From Hydrurus foetidus (taxonomy: Eukaryota): 64,000 nucleotides of DNA. Numbering within the stretch: the stretch's first letter is position 1; each line of letters opens with the position of its first letter. Positions 17,711-29,800 of the stretch are shown in pieces. The stretch lies in assembly GCA_900617105.1 (NCBI GenBank), contig UYFQ01000539.1, positions 62,001 to 126,000 of the forward strand, given 5' to 3'. Under the pieces are notes generated by a model. That model made no database searches, was not told the DNA's origin, and saw only the letters and a program-made list of their open reading frames with translations. The position numbers were made by a program, and so were the translations under genes.

Positions 17711-18342
17711 GCATGAATTAATGTGCGACTAAATATAATCAATAGGAAGTGACGAGATTGAGAAGCGGGTAGGAAAATATAGACATCTAATGTTTTAACA
17801 AATTTATGTACAATTTTAACGATGGGATGATGAACACTAGACAAGGAAAAAAAGTAAAATTTAGTGATTTAATTCATCAACTGCTTTTCTATTATAGTTT
17901 AATTCATAGTTTGGGGGAAGATCCATGGTGCAATCTTTTCATGTTTTCAATTCGGATAATTTTACAGGCGTTTCAAAAATGTTTGTTGTTTTATTTTTTG
18001 TTATTCTTTGTTTGATAATTTAGTTTGAGAATTTAAATATTCGGTCAAATAAAAATTTCAAGCATAGTATCAATCTTTCATATACCGATAAACTTACATT
18101 CTTTGTACTTTTGCTAGCCAGCTACTTTAAATGATTAACTAACGAAATTCTCGAAACAATACTTCAGTCCTCAGCATTTTACGACGTTGGTTTTTATCAG
18201 AAGAAAAAAAGGAAGAAAATTTTTTTATTATGTTACCTTCATCTAATCTACTCTACAAAACAAGGAAACAAAAATTGCATCGCAAAAAAGTAACAATAGG
18301 AAATAAAAGCAAAAATAAAATATCATGACTATCCAAAAAAAT

Positions 18343-19662
18343 TCACTTATATTTGGAATCCCAAACCCAAAAATTGGCCAACCACTTCTCTCCCTCAACA
18401 CAAGGTAGTGCGGCATGTAGTGCCAGATCATCGGCATTTCCATCCGGTAATAAATTGTAAAATAGTACAGCACTACCTTTTTTTGGTACGACTTTAAATC
18501 CTAACCCATTCGCCCCTTTGGGGAAAGAAGTTTCGCCACCGGAATGTTCCGATACCGGAGTTGTTAGATATAGTAGGAGAGTAATGTATCTCGACTCCGG
18601 ATAACTACTAACCCCCCAATCGTGATGAGAATCGTATTTTTGTCCATTATTGTATTTTACAACTTGCATTAATTCAGCATTTTTTTCCGAGTGTAATAAT
18701 TTTTCGTCAACAGCCAGCAAGTCGCTCGCTCTGATGGACAAACTTTCCATGACTGAGTTTTTATTTCTTGCAAGCCACGAGTTTTTAGAAGTACGTGTGG
18801 TACTATGTTGAATTCCAACTGATGTATCACCTACAGAAGCATGAAGTATTGAAAAAAAATAACGTAGATAAATATGCAGATCTGTTTCGATACAGATGCA
18901 ATAATTCCCAATTCCAAAAAGGATACAAAAATATTAAATTAGGCGACACAAACAAAGAGAACAACATGAAAAAAAATCGTACTTACCCACTCTACTCTCT
19001 GCCATACCAGGTGAAGCCAATTTTACAATTTCATCCGCCTCGAAATCGCTCAGAAAACGATCAATTAGAAAAGCCCTTGGCTTCGTAGACACTACCTCTA
19101 GCTCCATTTCCACTGCCTCTTTTGAGTGACACTCTGATGCCTTGCCGTCACACGTCCTAAAAAATAAATGAAAAATTTAAGATAATTGATTTTCATTGTA
19201 CCACAGCATCTAGCATTCCATCTTTTCATTGTACAATTTGCTATTAACGAATTTATAAATGAAGATTCATGGGAAACTGATACCATTGCAAATGATTACA
19301 GGCATAATGTAATAGAAGCATTTAAAAAAAAGAACGTTCAAAGTAGTACGGATGCAAGAATATCAAATAATGAAAAGTGTCAAAAAGAATAGTGGGACAA
19401 AAATTGAGGAGAAAAATATTTTAAGTTAAAAATAAACATGACGAATATAAACGATTTCAATCACATTAATTAGATGCGATTTCAGATATTACCAGAATCC
19501 CTCTGGAGATTTAATCAAATGAGTTTGTCCGACATTATCAGCAGGCCACATGTGGAGACTAAAATGGAAAAAATGAAATTGATGAAAATTAGAACTGATT
19601 CGGGGAATATAAAGACAAATGGAATTGATCTGTCGGTCTGTGCATGCCTATGTGTGTGTGTG

Positions 19663-19699
<37 letters not shown>

Positions 19700-22600
19700 G
19701 TATCTATCTATCTATGTATCTATGTATGTATCTATCTATGTATCTATCTATGTATCTATGTATGTATCTATCTATGTATCTATGTATCTATCTATGTATC
19801 TATGTATCTATCTATCTATGTGTCTGTTTGTACAAGTGCGTGTGAGTCAGGATAGAGGTGCATGTCTTCCTGACTGACGAACTTTCTGTCTATTGATTAC
19901 TCAACAAATCAATCAGTCAATCAGTCACTTCATTAGTCTAAGTTTATCTGACTCTTCCTTTATCTAACAATCGATCAATCAAATAAACAAATAAAAAAAG
20001 AAATAAACAAACATACAAATAAACAGACTGACAAATAATCATACGAATTAAGAAACGGACAGACAAAAAAAGAAACAATTTTTTTTAGGTCAATCTATCA
20101 AATCTATTTTTTTACATTGGAGGTGCTCGTGGTCCATCATGTCCGAAAAAAGATCTCCAGTGGATTCCTAACAATATCATTGTATACGTTTTTAAGAAGA
20201 GAATCTCCGGTAATATTTCGCGATAAATAGACTGTAAAATAATCAGATAGTTCATGAAGATAAATGTAGCCATCATTTTTGAAATTAACAGTAGTGAGAA
20301 TTCACTTTGTTCGAAAAAATTCCAGTAGCAGCCATAATTTCTCACCTGTTTGATTTAGATAATTTCTCGAGTATTTATCTTCGTTCAGAGCCAGTCTCAG
20401 AACTTTTTCATTAGCAGGAAATCTGAAATCTTCGACAGAATATAAAACCTAAAATTATAAAAAATAAACAATAATTATCATATAATAATGAGAATAATAA
20501 TTGCGACGATTGTGATAAAAAGGGAAAGTGAAAAATACAAAAAAATGAAATATCTGTTTTGTAATTTCATTTTCGTATTTTCATTTTTGTTTTTCATACC
20601 TGGTCTTCTCGCATTGTATATCTCGCAATCTCCACACTTTTATCAGAATGCAGAGTGAAGAAAAAGACGTGACCCACATACGTATTTGTTGTGGTTACTT
20701 GGCCCTCACTTAAATGACCTGATATTAGTTGTTTGTGCATGAATTTGTTAAATCAATGTTGATGTTCGTGTACTAGATGTCAAGAATATCTAAATGCACT
20801 CGACAAAAGAACACACATTCACATACACGAAAGAAGTGCGTCTGTGGATTATATATTATACAATACAGTAACGCACAATATGACACTATATTTAACATAA
20901 CAATGCTATACAAAAAGGTACGACACCGTACAGCACAACACAACACAACACGACACAACTCATCACAGACAACACAATACAATACAACACACAACACGAT
21001 ACTACACAATGCAACAAAACACAACACAACACAATACAATACAACACACTACCATACAACACAACATGTAAACAAGTACATAATGCATACAGACATGCAT
21101 ACGCACGTACGTACCTTCGAACAACCCTCCTCTGTGGTCTTCAAACCACATATCGATTTTACGGGAAGAAAGAGATCTAAGAATACAAATTCAAATTTAC
21201 ATATTTTCAAAAAAAAAACAATTATTAGGTTGGTACGACTTGACTCGCAGTGCAATTAGATGCTAATTAAGATTACCCAAACTCGTATTATCATCATGCG
21301 TTATTCAAAATTAATCATTCTAATATTCAAATTGAAATTCAAATTCAAATGTTGGTATACACACGCAAATGAGACGAAAATCTCTATTCAAAATTGTGAT
21401 TTTTTCTTACTTGAATTTTGCCGAAAGTGCAGTTGTATGTTGGTGCATTAATTTTACTTGCGGATTTTGGCGAGTGTAATTTTTGCGATTTAAAAAATAT
21501 TGGACCTCATCATTCCTGAACAAAAAAAAAGGGAAAAGATAAATAAAGAAAAGAATAATAAGGATGAATAGTAACAGTAGAGTTATGTTGTGTCATGTAC
21601 TTTTCATATGTCATTATTTTGTATAATGTAATATGTACTATGCCAAGTGTAATCGCACAATCAAAATACATCATGTTACATAAAGCAGACACTTGAAAGA
21701 TAAAAGATAAAAAATGAAACAATGGTGCTGATAAGAAAGAACATTTTCAATTAAATGAATTTGTATATAGTTCTGGAAAATTCTCAAATGGAGTGTTTGC
21801 AAAAACTCGTATTTTGAAAATACGAGTTTTCGCAAACACTGAAATTCACAAGATATAATAAAACTTGTCAATTGAACTACACTACAAAAAATAAATATAA
21901 ACGCAATTACCTTCGTTTTGGTTGGACAGCCAAAGGGTGAAAATAATAGATATCTTGACCGTCTCTAATTACTATACTCGACAATTTGTCACCTCCGTTT
22001 TCATTGGTTGCATATAGCGTTGATCCTAGGAAAGTTCGTGGGGAATATTCGTGGAGAGAGTAAGTCAAGAACATTCTCTATAGCAATCGTCAAAGTATTT
22101 TGCAAAATGATTGAAGAAAGAAATCTCCCATTGTATAAAATTTCGGAAATATGAAAAATGTGTTGAGGAACGAAGTAAAATGAAAGAAAAAATGCATCGA
22201 AAATCATGAAAGATAAATTCTTCCGCTTGTTAACAATCATGAATAAGCAAGCAAGAGTATTCTACTTAGTTCCTAGTGCGTATATGTCTTGGAAGTAAGG
22301 AAGATACTAAGATTTGAAGAACAAAAAAACAAATAAAAAATCGTAGTTTCTTACCTGAGCTCACTTTTATACTAGAGGTTTCCTTGGTGTCAATAATTGT
22401 GAGGAACATCCCAGCTTCAGAATCATCGTAATTCAAAGAAATGTGATGCGGATACATGTTCTTAATTTGCACGACTCTAAGATCGCCATATAGTTTTTGG
22501 CCTGAAATGACAGGAATGCAGAATTTTCTTAGGAATGGAAATCTCACAAAAGATTATGTATGATGAGTTTGCGAGATGTTGTGGCTGTTTGAAGGATGAC

Positions 22601-22987
22601 TGTTCTGAAAAGGATGACTGTTTTGAGTAATGATGCAGTGCTAAACTTATGATGCTGTGGAGTAGGGAAAATGGCGAAAATTTGTTCTCATAGCCACTCG
22701 TCTCATGAGCGCAGTATTCAGATACTGATGCTGTACTAGTGGTAAGCTGGTCTAATAGTGCAAATACTCCAGCAATGTTGTGAAAGTTCATCCAGTATGC
22801 CCCCACGAAGTTTACCTGAGTAATCTATTACATCGATGCTGTTCTCATTCTCCCTTGACTTTGCCAGTTTAGTTGATAGCCACCAAGTGCCTGCACCAAA
22901 GGTTGACGCTATCGCTAGCACTAGCAGAATTATCAAGCTGGTGAAGCCTCGTTTTTGATTGTGTGACTCACTACTCTTAGATGACAT
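18343..22987 (-). CDS. Type II membrane prolyl 4-hydroxylase (2OG-Fe(II) dioxygenase) with two N-terminal VHL-beta-like repeats
   Basis: N-terminal signal anchor FTSLIILLVLAIASTFGAGTWWL. Catalytic domain KPRAFLIDRFLSDFEADEI, RTSKNSWL, MQVVKY..YDSHHD, RYITLLLYL, GGETSFP, PKKGSAVLFYN, LHAALP, GEKWLANFWVWD. About 10 exons. Confidence 0.9.
19651..19825 (+). repeat. (TG)n plus (TCTA/TGTA)n microsatellite in a P4H intron
   Basis: Directly visible. Confidence 0.95.
20860..21065 (+). repeat. Degenerate (CAACA/CAATA)n pentamer repeat in a P4H intron
   Basis: Directly visible; reads TGTTG/TATTG on the gene's sense strand. Confidence 0.85.
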
Positions 22988-23356
22988 CACCGTAGTAATT
23001 TTCGACTTTCCAACACGATCGACAGTCTACAAGCACCTGAAACCGAAGAACCAGCAGACTATGGAGTTAACCTTTCCTGAATAGTGGCCTTTCTCGCAGA
23101 TTGAGGATAAACTTTCCAAATTTCCAATAACTCCGGTGTCCGGTGAGAAAGTGCCGAAGAAGTTCGGACATCTTCATACTGTGGGTACTCAGCGGTGAGC
23201 GGCAACAGTAGGTTCAAAACTTAAAATTTGTCTCTCCTTCTTCTCTCCTGTGTCATCATTGTAATATATATGGTCATAGCTGTTTACTTCAGAATCTGAC
23301 GAAGTCATCTTCCTCCGTGTCTGGTTTTCCTGGCTGTCGCGGCCGAGAGCCAAAAA

Positions 23357-24221
23357 ATGCCGTACATCAGCGCTGATGGATCCCTCGTTGAAAAAAGATC
23401 TTGGTTTCGTATTTCAATATTGTCGGACATCTTATGGGTTATCATAGACACGATTGGTCTGCTCGGTTCAACACTGATATATCCAAATCGTCCCATCAAA
23501 AAGGTTATAAGGCAGCAGAGACAGCGAGAGACCTCCGGCGGAGGTTAGTCATCCTAATTTCACTTACTGATGTTTTTCTGATATTATCTGCTTCATAATG
23601 TAAGATCGTAAGATCATTACAATGATCACGTAGTATCGAACGCACAGTGCATCACTTCAAAAATGACGAATACTGGCAGCTATTTAGACAATTCAGTCGA
23701 ATCTTAGCCACCTCCGTAAAAATTACGTAGAAGTAACGTTAAAGGGGTGGATGAATGTCTCTTACTTTTATTCACGACCTGGCACTGCCTCCCAATACTT
23801 GTTCTATAGGAATAGAACAACTTAAGTTGATATTACCACAATCTGCTACTATAGGAAATAGTGTCAATCAGAGAGTAACAGACGCTTTACTTGTTTTCTC
23901 CAACACCTCCCCCTCATGCTCAATCGCAACAAACGCAATCTGATTCAGACACTACATTAATACTGTACCTAATTATAATCATCTGATCACTTTGTCCACT
24001 TACTGCTATCTTTAATTTCAACCTCTTATAAAACATATTTCTGTCGCTTGATGACTAATTAATCCACAACCAAATAATCAAATCTCCCTCCCTCCTCACT
24101 ATTTTTTATTTTCTCCATTTTTTTAGCGTCCGTTCCGACCCCTAAACCCGGACCCCAGGGCGGGGCCAATATTCGGGGGATAAAATCCCTGCCCCCTTGC
24201 ACAGCTAGTAAATGAGGATAA
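23357..24221 (+). CDS. SELENOK: Selenoprotein K (SelK/SelG family), 2 exons, UGA-Sec at the penultimate codon
   Basis: Exon 1 (23357-23543): MPYISADGSLVEKRSWFRISILSDILWVIIDTIGLLGSTLIYP... Exon 2 (24127-24221): SVPTPKPGPQGGANIRGIKSLPPCTASK-TGA(24213-24215)-G-TAA. This matches the SelK pattern of MxYI, one TM helix, a G/P-rich tail and a C-terminal U. Confidence 0.88.
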
Positions 24222-24967
24222 GCCTCTTCGATTCTTCTTTACCGCACAATCAAATGAATATATTATGGGTGATATGATATGATATGATATGAATAATATC
24301 AATTATGGGTCAAATGTGAAGTAAGAATTCAAATATGAATTACATTGACTATGCGTGCAACAAGACCAAGTAAAGGAGGACTACTTGAAGTGGAAACTCA
24401 ACACATGCAGTGACATCAACAATATCACGTCTGTAAAGTTGGTCTCGTCAATATTGTCGCATATCTAATGTTGTGACTATTATTTGATAAAATTCATAAA
24501 ATTGAGAAGTGCGGTTTAGAAAGCGAAGAGGCAAAGAAAATTATGTACATAAAAAACAGTAAAAATTATTCTCACGTGATGACTTTCTGCTCTACAGAAA
24601 CGAAAAGTGAAAATAAAATTTACTCCAACAATTAGTGTAAAACATTACAGCAGTTTTATTTTTATTTTTGCGACATTTGTAATTTACTCGCATATGACTT
24701 TTTTAACGTTAAGAAAATCTAATATTTGCCGATTCTGACGTCATTTATTTTTTTATTTATCAAAGAGCGAAAGATCATTCATTCTGGCTCATTTTCTTTG
24801 TCAGAAACTTTCAGCCACAATTGGCCGTATTCAACGGGAGACGTTTCACGTTTAATTAAGCGTGACATCACAGTGCAAGATTGAACGATCGCAAAAAAAC
24901 AAATAAATGATAAATATTAATAAAATTAAAAAGAGTTCAATTCAATTTAATTCATTATTGATTCAAT

Positions 24968-26828
24968 TTAATTTTCAAATTTTCTCGACTCCACAACATA
25001 ATCTCGAATTTTCCTTTGAAATTTCGCAGTTGGCAAAGCAACTGGAGTAGTAGAACGGGAAAAAACATTTCCACTTTTTTCTCTACTTCTTTCGCTACCT
25101 CTTTCTATCTCATTGAAAATATCAACGGTGACATGAAGTTGTTTTTGTTCTATTTTCGGATGAATATTCTTCATTGCGGATTCTGCAAAGTTCTTAGGAA
25201 TTCCAAAGAATGTTGCTGTTCCGGGTCTGGATAACGCTCCGCGGAACGTTCCTTTTCCATCAGAAGATTTCACCGTTCCTGCGGAGAATGCTCTTTCCCG
25301 AATATTTCCGGGAGAATGTTCCGTGGAATTTATTTGTTTAAAAGAAGATTCCTTAGGAATTAATTTTCCTTCTCCATTATTGTCGTCAAATAATGCAAAA
25401 TAATTGTTCAAATTTAAATTTGAATTAAATTGATTTGAATCTGAATTTGTTGGCAGTATTTTTTTATTCAAAATATCTTGATGTAAATTTTTATTTGAAT
25501 TTAATATTTGTTTTTCTTTAACGTGCTGTGCGAATGTGTGTGGGGCGTTATACACAGTAGGTGATCCATACAACGTGTTGTCATGATTATCGTCACCATG
25601 TAATAAAATACTTAAATTAACTTTTTTGTCTGTACGAATAAATTGTGATACGTTACGGTTGATGTTTGCTCTCGGATGATCACTTATTTTGTCCAAATTT
25701 TTGAAGCTATTATTTCTATTTAAATTTGGAGTAGTAGAATTTGATTTTGTTGAATATTTTCTGCTGCGATTTAAGATATTTTGATGGCAGTCAAAATGAT
25801 TCATTTCAGTGTTACTGCTACTTTTATTTTCGTCTTTACCATCGCTCTCATGTTTTATTTGTTTTTTATCACTGACATATTTCGTTTTCATACCATGATT
25901 CAAATTGTTTTTTTCCACCGAAGAAATAGTGCTATCATTGAAACTGCAAGAAGTTTCATTACCATTTCCAATTTCATTTTCAACTTCCTTTTCTTTTTCT
26001 TCATCATTCTTGTCTCCTCTTTCTTCGTCATCAGTTATTTCTTTATTAACAAATTCGTTCAAATCATCTCTTGAACTATATTCACTTATTTTACTTTTTG
26101 TTGAAATTCCACATTTCTGTCCGATGTCGTTGAAAATGTAGCCGTCATTTAAATCCGAATTATCATCAAAATATTCTCTTCGAATTTTATTTTCATATTG
26201 CTGCGCTGATAACGGTTTTCTCCTTATTTTCGTATTTTGCGTTTCTTCTTGATTTGATGTAACGGTAGAAAAAGGTATAGCAGTATACGGCCTGATTCGG
26301 TCGAAATCCTCCAGATTCCCGTTATTTTTGCCTCTTTGAATATCTTCATTTATATTTGAAATATTAATGTCGTTTTGGTGTTTTTTAGAATTTCTGTCAT
26401 ACTCTACATTTTTATTTTCAGCAAAATCATGAGATATAATCTGATTATTATTCGTTACATTATTTACTGCAGAGCATAATTTTTTTGTATTATAAATTTG
26501 GCCAGTAGACTGTCTTCTCGTAGAAAAATTGTTGTCAATAAAATTGTTATTTTTTATTCTATTTTCTTTTGGTGCACTTTTTCCTCTTTTTTCTTTACAT
26601 TTAAAGTTGTTATCATCGTTCTTTACGTTGGAGGGTAAAATGTTTTTTCTCAGATTGTTGACATTTTTATTACTATCATTGTTGTTATTATTATCATTAT
26701 TGTATTTAATATTACTGTTGAAAAAATTACCATTATTATTATTAATATTTTTATCATCGTTATCATCAATATTATTATCATCATCACTGTTGTTGTTCTC
26801 ATTATAATCATCGTTGTGCTTATTTTTC

Positions 26829-26862
<34 letters not shown>

Positions 26863-29800
26863 CATTATCATTATCACAATTGTTCCCATCAGTGACACAT
26901 TTATTACCATCATAGTAATCTATACGATTCACATCATAATCATCAACATTACAATTATCATTCCCGACATTAATATCATCAAAAATCAACGACGTACGTT
27001 CATCTCGTACATACACTTCCCGATTATTCACGCACAAAAGTACGGCTTCTTTTCTATTATATTCATCTACAGTTTTCTTGAACTTTTTTTCCGTCATTAA
27101 TCTTTCGTTATTCAATTCTTCAAATTGAACTTTTAATATCTTGGAACATTCTTTCTCGTGCAATCTGTAATTGTCTGTGATTGCATTTTTTAATATTTCA
27201 TTTTTACTAAGTAACTTATTATATTCTGTTTTTATTTGATTATTTTCATTTGTTAATATTTCTTTTTCTTGTACGTGAATATTCGAAAGATTTTCAAGTT
27301 CTTTATATAGGAGTGAATTCTTGTAAAGAGATAAATTTAAATTTTCGATATTCGATTCAAGAATTGATTTTTCATTTTTCGTATTTTCAAGTTCGATAGT
27401 TTTGTCGTTTGTAATATACAAACTATTTTCAGAAATCAAAATACCATTCTGTTTTCTAAAGTGATTTCTTTCTTTAATTAAATTATATTTATCATCATCT
27501 AATATATTGATCTGAGTCTTCAAATCTGTTATTTCTAAAAGTGCGTTTTTCAGTTTTGAATTTAATTCATATTCCAAATCTTTGTAACATCCAATATCAA
27601 ATTCGTATTTTTCGATTTTTTTATTCGTTTCAATTTCCATTAAACGATTTTTCTCAAGCAAATCCGTAAGTAAATTTTTCGTTTTTTTCGCTTCTTCTGG
27701 CTGTAAATTTATAATTTGAAGTAATCTTTGGATTTCCGTAAAATGTAAAATAACGGTTTCTTCCAAATTCAATTCTTTTTTACGTAAATTGTAAACCAAA
27801 TTTTCGTAGTTTTTTACGTCTATGTCCGTCTTCATTTTTAAATTTTCACAAAGAATTTCGTTTTCTGCGATCATTTTATTAATGACGATTTTGACATTTT
27901 TTCTGTCTTCGTCTTTATCCGCTTCAGAAATAGAAATTTCAGTCGTCAATTTTTTTGTCAGTGAATCAGTACCGTTGGTAAACTCATTACATTTGTTTTC
28001 ATCGCTATTTTGATTTTGATTATCTTTCAGTTCATCACGTACTGCTATTATTTTTTTGACAATTTCAACACCATTCTTATTCTCTCCGTTAATCTCATTC
28101 ATCAATTTGATATTATCTAACTCTCTTAATTGATTTTCAATTTTTGTTTTCATTTTATTTTCCATTCTTTTTCTTTGATTTATTCTTTTTAATTTATTTG
28201 CATCAGAAAATATTTCGAATGGACTTTTAAAGGGATGGATCATGGATCTCTTATTCCAGATTATCTCACCGCTATCTTCATCTGTTACGGAGCATTAGAA
28301 AAAAGTAGTATTCGTACATCAGAAATCATTCTATGCAAGCTATTTTAAAGTAGGATATCATTGATTCCATTTTTTTCGAACTAGTACCCTTACCTTGTGT
28401 TTCTTTTATTTTTAGTTTCATCGAATTCATGATGCCATTCGCTGCTTCTCTCCATCTATCTGAAAGTAGAAAAAAAAGTGTACGTAAAGGGAAATCAAAG
28501 TGGTTGAAGGAAAATTAATTTTATGTGCATGTATAAAATGAGAAAATAGAAGGGGGGGAGATTTGTGAGATGTAAAAAAGAAAAGAAAAAAAAAGAAGTA
28601 AAAAGTAAAAAAAAAAACAAGCAGATGAAAGATGTCAAATAAAATATTGCAAGATTACCGACTTACTTGTGAGATGATCAATTCGAGTCCTACGCAGTAT
28701 TTCATCTTCTTCTTCTTCCTTTCTTATCAGATCATTTTCCACCTCTTTCTCTAACTCGCTTAGGACTTCATTCTTTTGTTCCGAATCGATTCGCTGGGAA
28801 TTGTTTTCATTTTCATCTTCATTTTCTTTTTCTTCACTACTAATAACATTATTATCATTACCAATATCATCACTTTTGCTATTCATACCTTTATCATTAT
28901 TCATTCCACTCTTATTCATATTTTCAATTTTATTGCTCATTTCCAAATCCGTATTCACCGCATTTTTTTCTTTATTTTCAGCAGACAAAAGATCACTTTT
29001 CGTTTCTTTTTCAATAAGGAATGCTTCAGCAATTTCTTCCTTTCTTTCATCACTATGATTTTTATTGTCAGCATCAAATTTTTCATTGCTTTCGTAATTA
29101 TTCATATCACTGCAACAATTGCTGCCATCTTTACCATCTTCATTTTCATCTTCATTTCCTGATTTATTTTCTGATATATTTTCCGTTTCATTTATGTCTT
29201 CATCTTCATTTTCATTTTTTATCAGCAGAAATTCTTCTTGTAGAAATTCACAGGGACGTACATACATACTCGATATTTGTACGTGCGCACGAAGATTAAA
29301 AATTATTTTACTCAAATTATTTGTCACCTCATTCTGCGATAAAATAAATCGCAAACAATTTCTTTTTTCCTCTATTGAAATGAATTTCAATTTTTTGTAT
29401 TTTTTGCTTGTAAGATCAAGATTCTTTTTTATTTCGTCATATTCGATTTTTTTATCGTGTATTATTTTGTGTTTTTTGGTATTTTCTGATATCAAATATT
29501 CGATTTTCTTAACGTCAAGTGCGTGTTTTTCATTTTGACTTTCAATGACTGAATTTAAATTTTCTACTTTGGTACGCATTTCATCGTTTTTAGTGCGCTC
29601 TTCTTCGACTTTTTTCAAAATATCTTTCATATCTGGTTCAGATCTCTACAGTTGACAAATTATTAAATGAGAAATCTATAAAATGAAATCACAGAAGAAT
29701 AAAATTTCTCGTCTTTCGAAAATAAAATCAAAAGAACATCTATAAATTTATAAAATTTATTGATAATAGAAGTGTTAGTTCTCTATCGTCTACTGATCCT

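Noticed and set aside
24576..24742. Possible box C/D snoRNA (GTGATGA at 24576, CTGA at 24735)
   Set aside because: Long spacing, only a 3-bp terminal stem and no recognisable rRNA guide.
25016..29538. Many antisense Phe/Ser/Ile-rich ORFs opposite the coiled-coil gene (likewise opposite the Smr, ARMC2 and gag-pol ORFs)
   Set aside because: Shadow ORFs of low-complexity sense-strand coding sequence.
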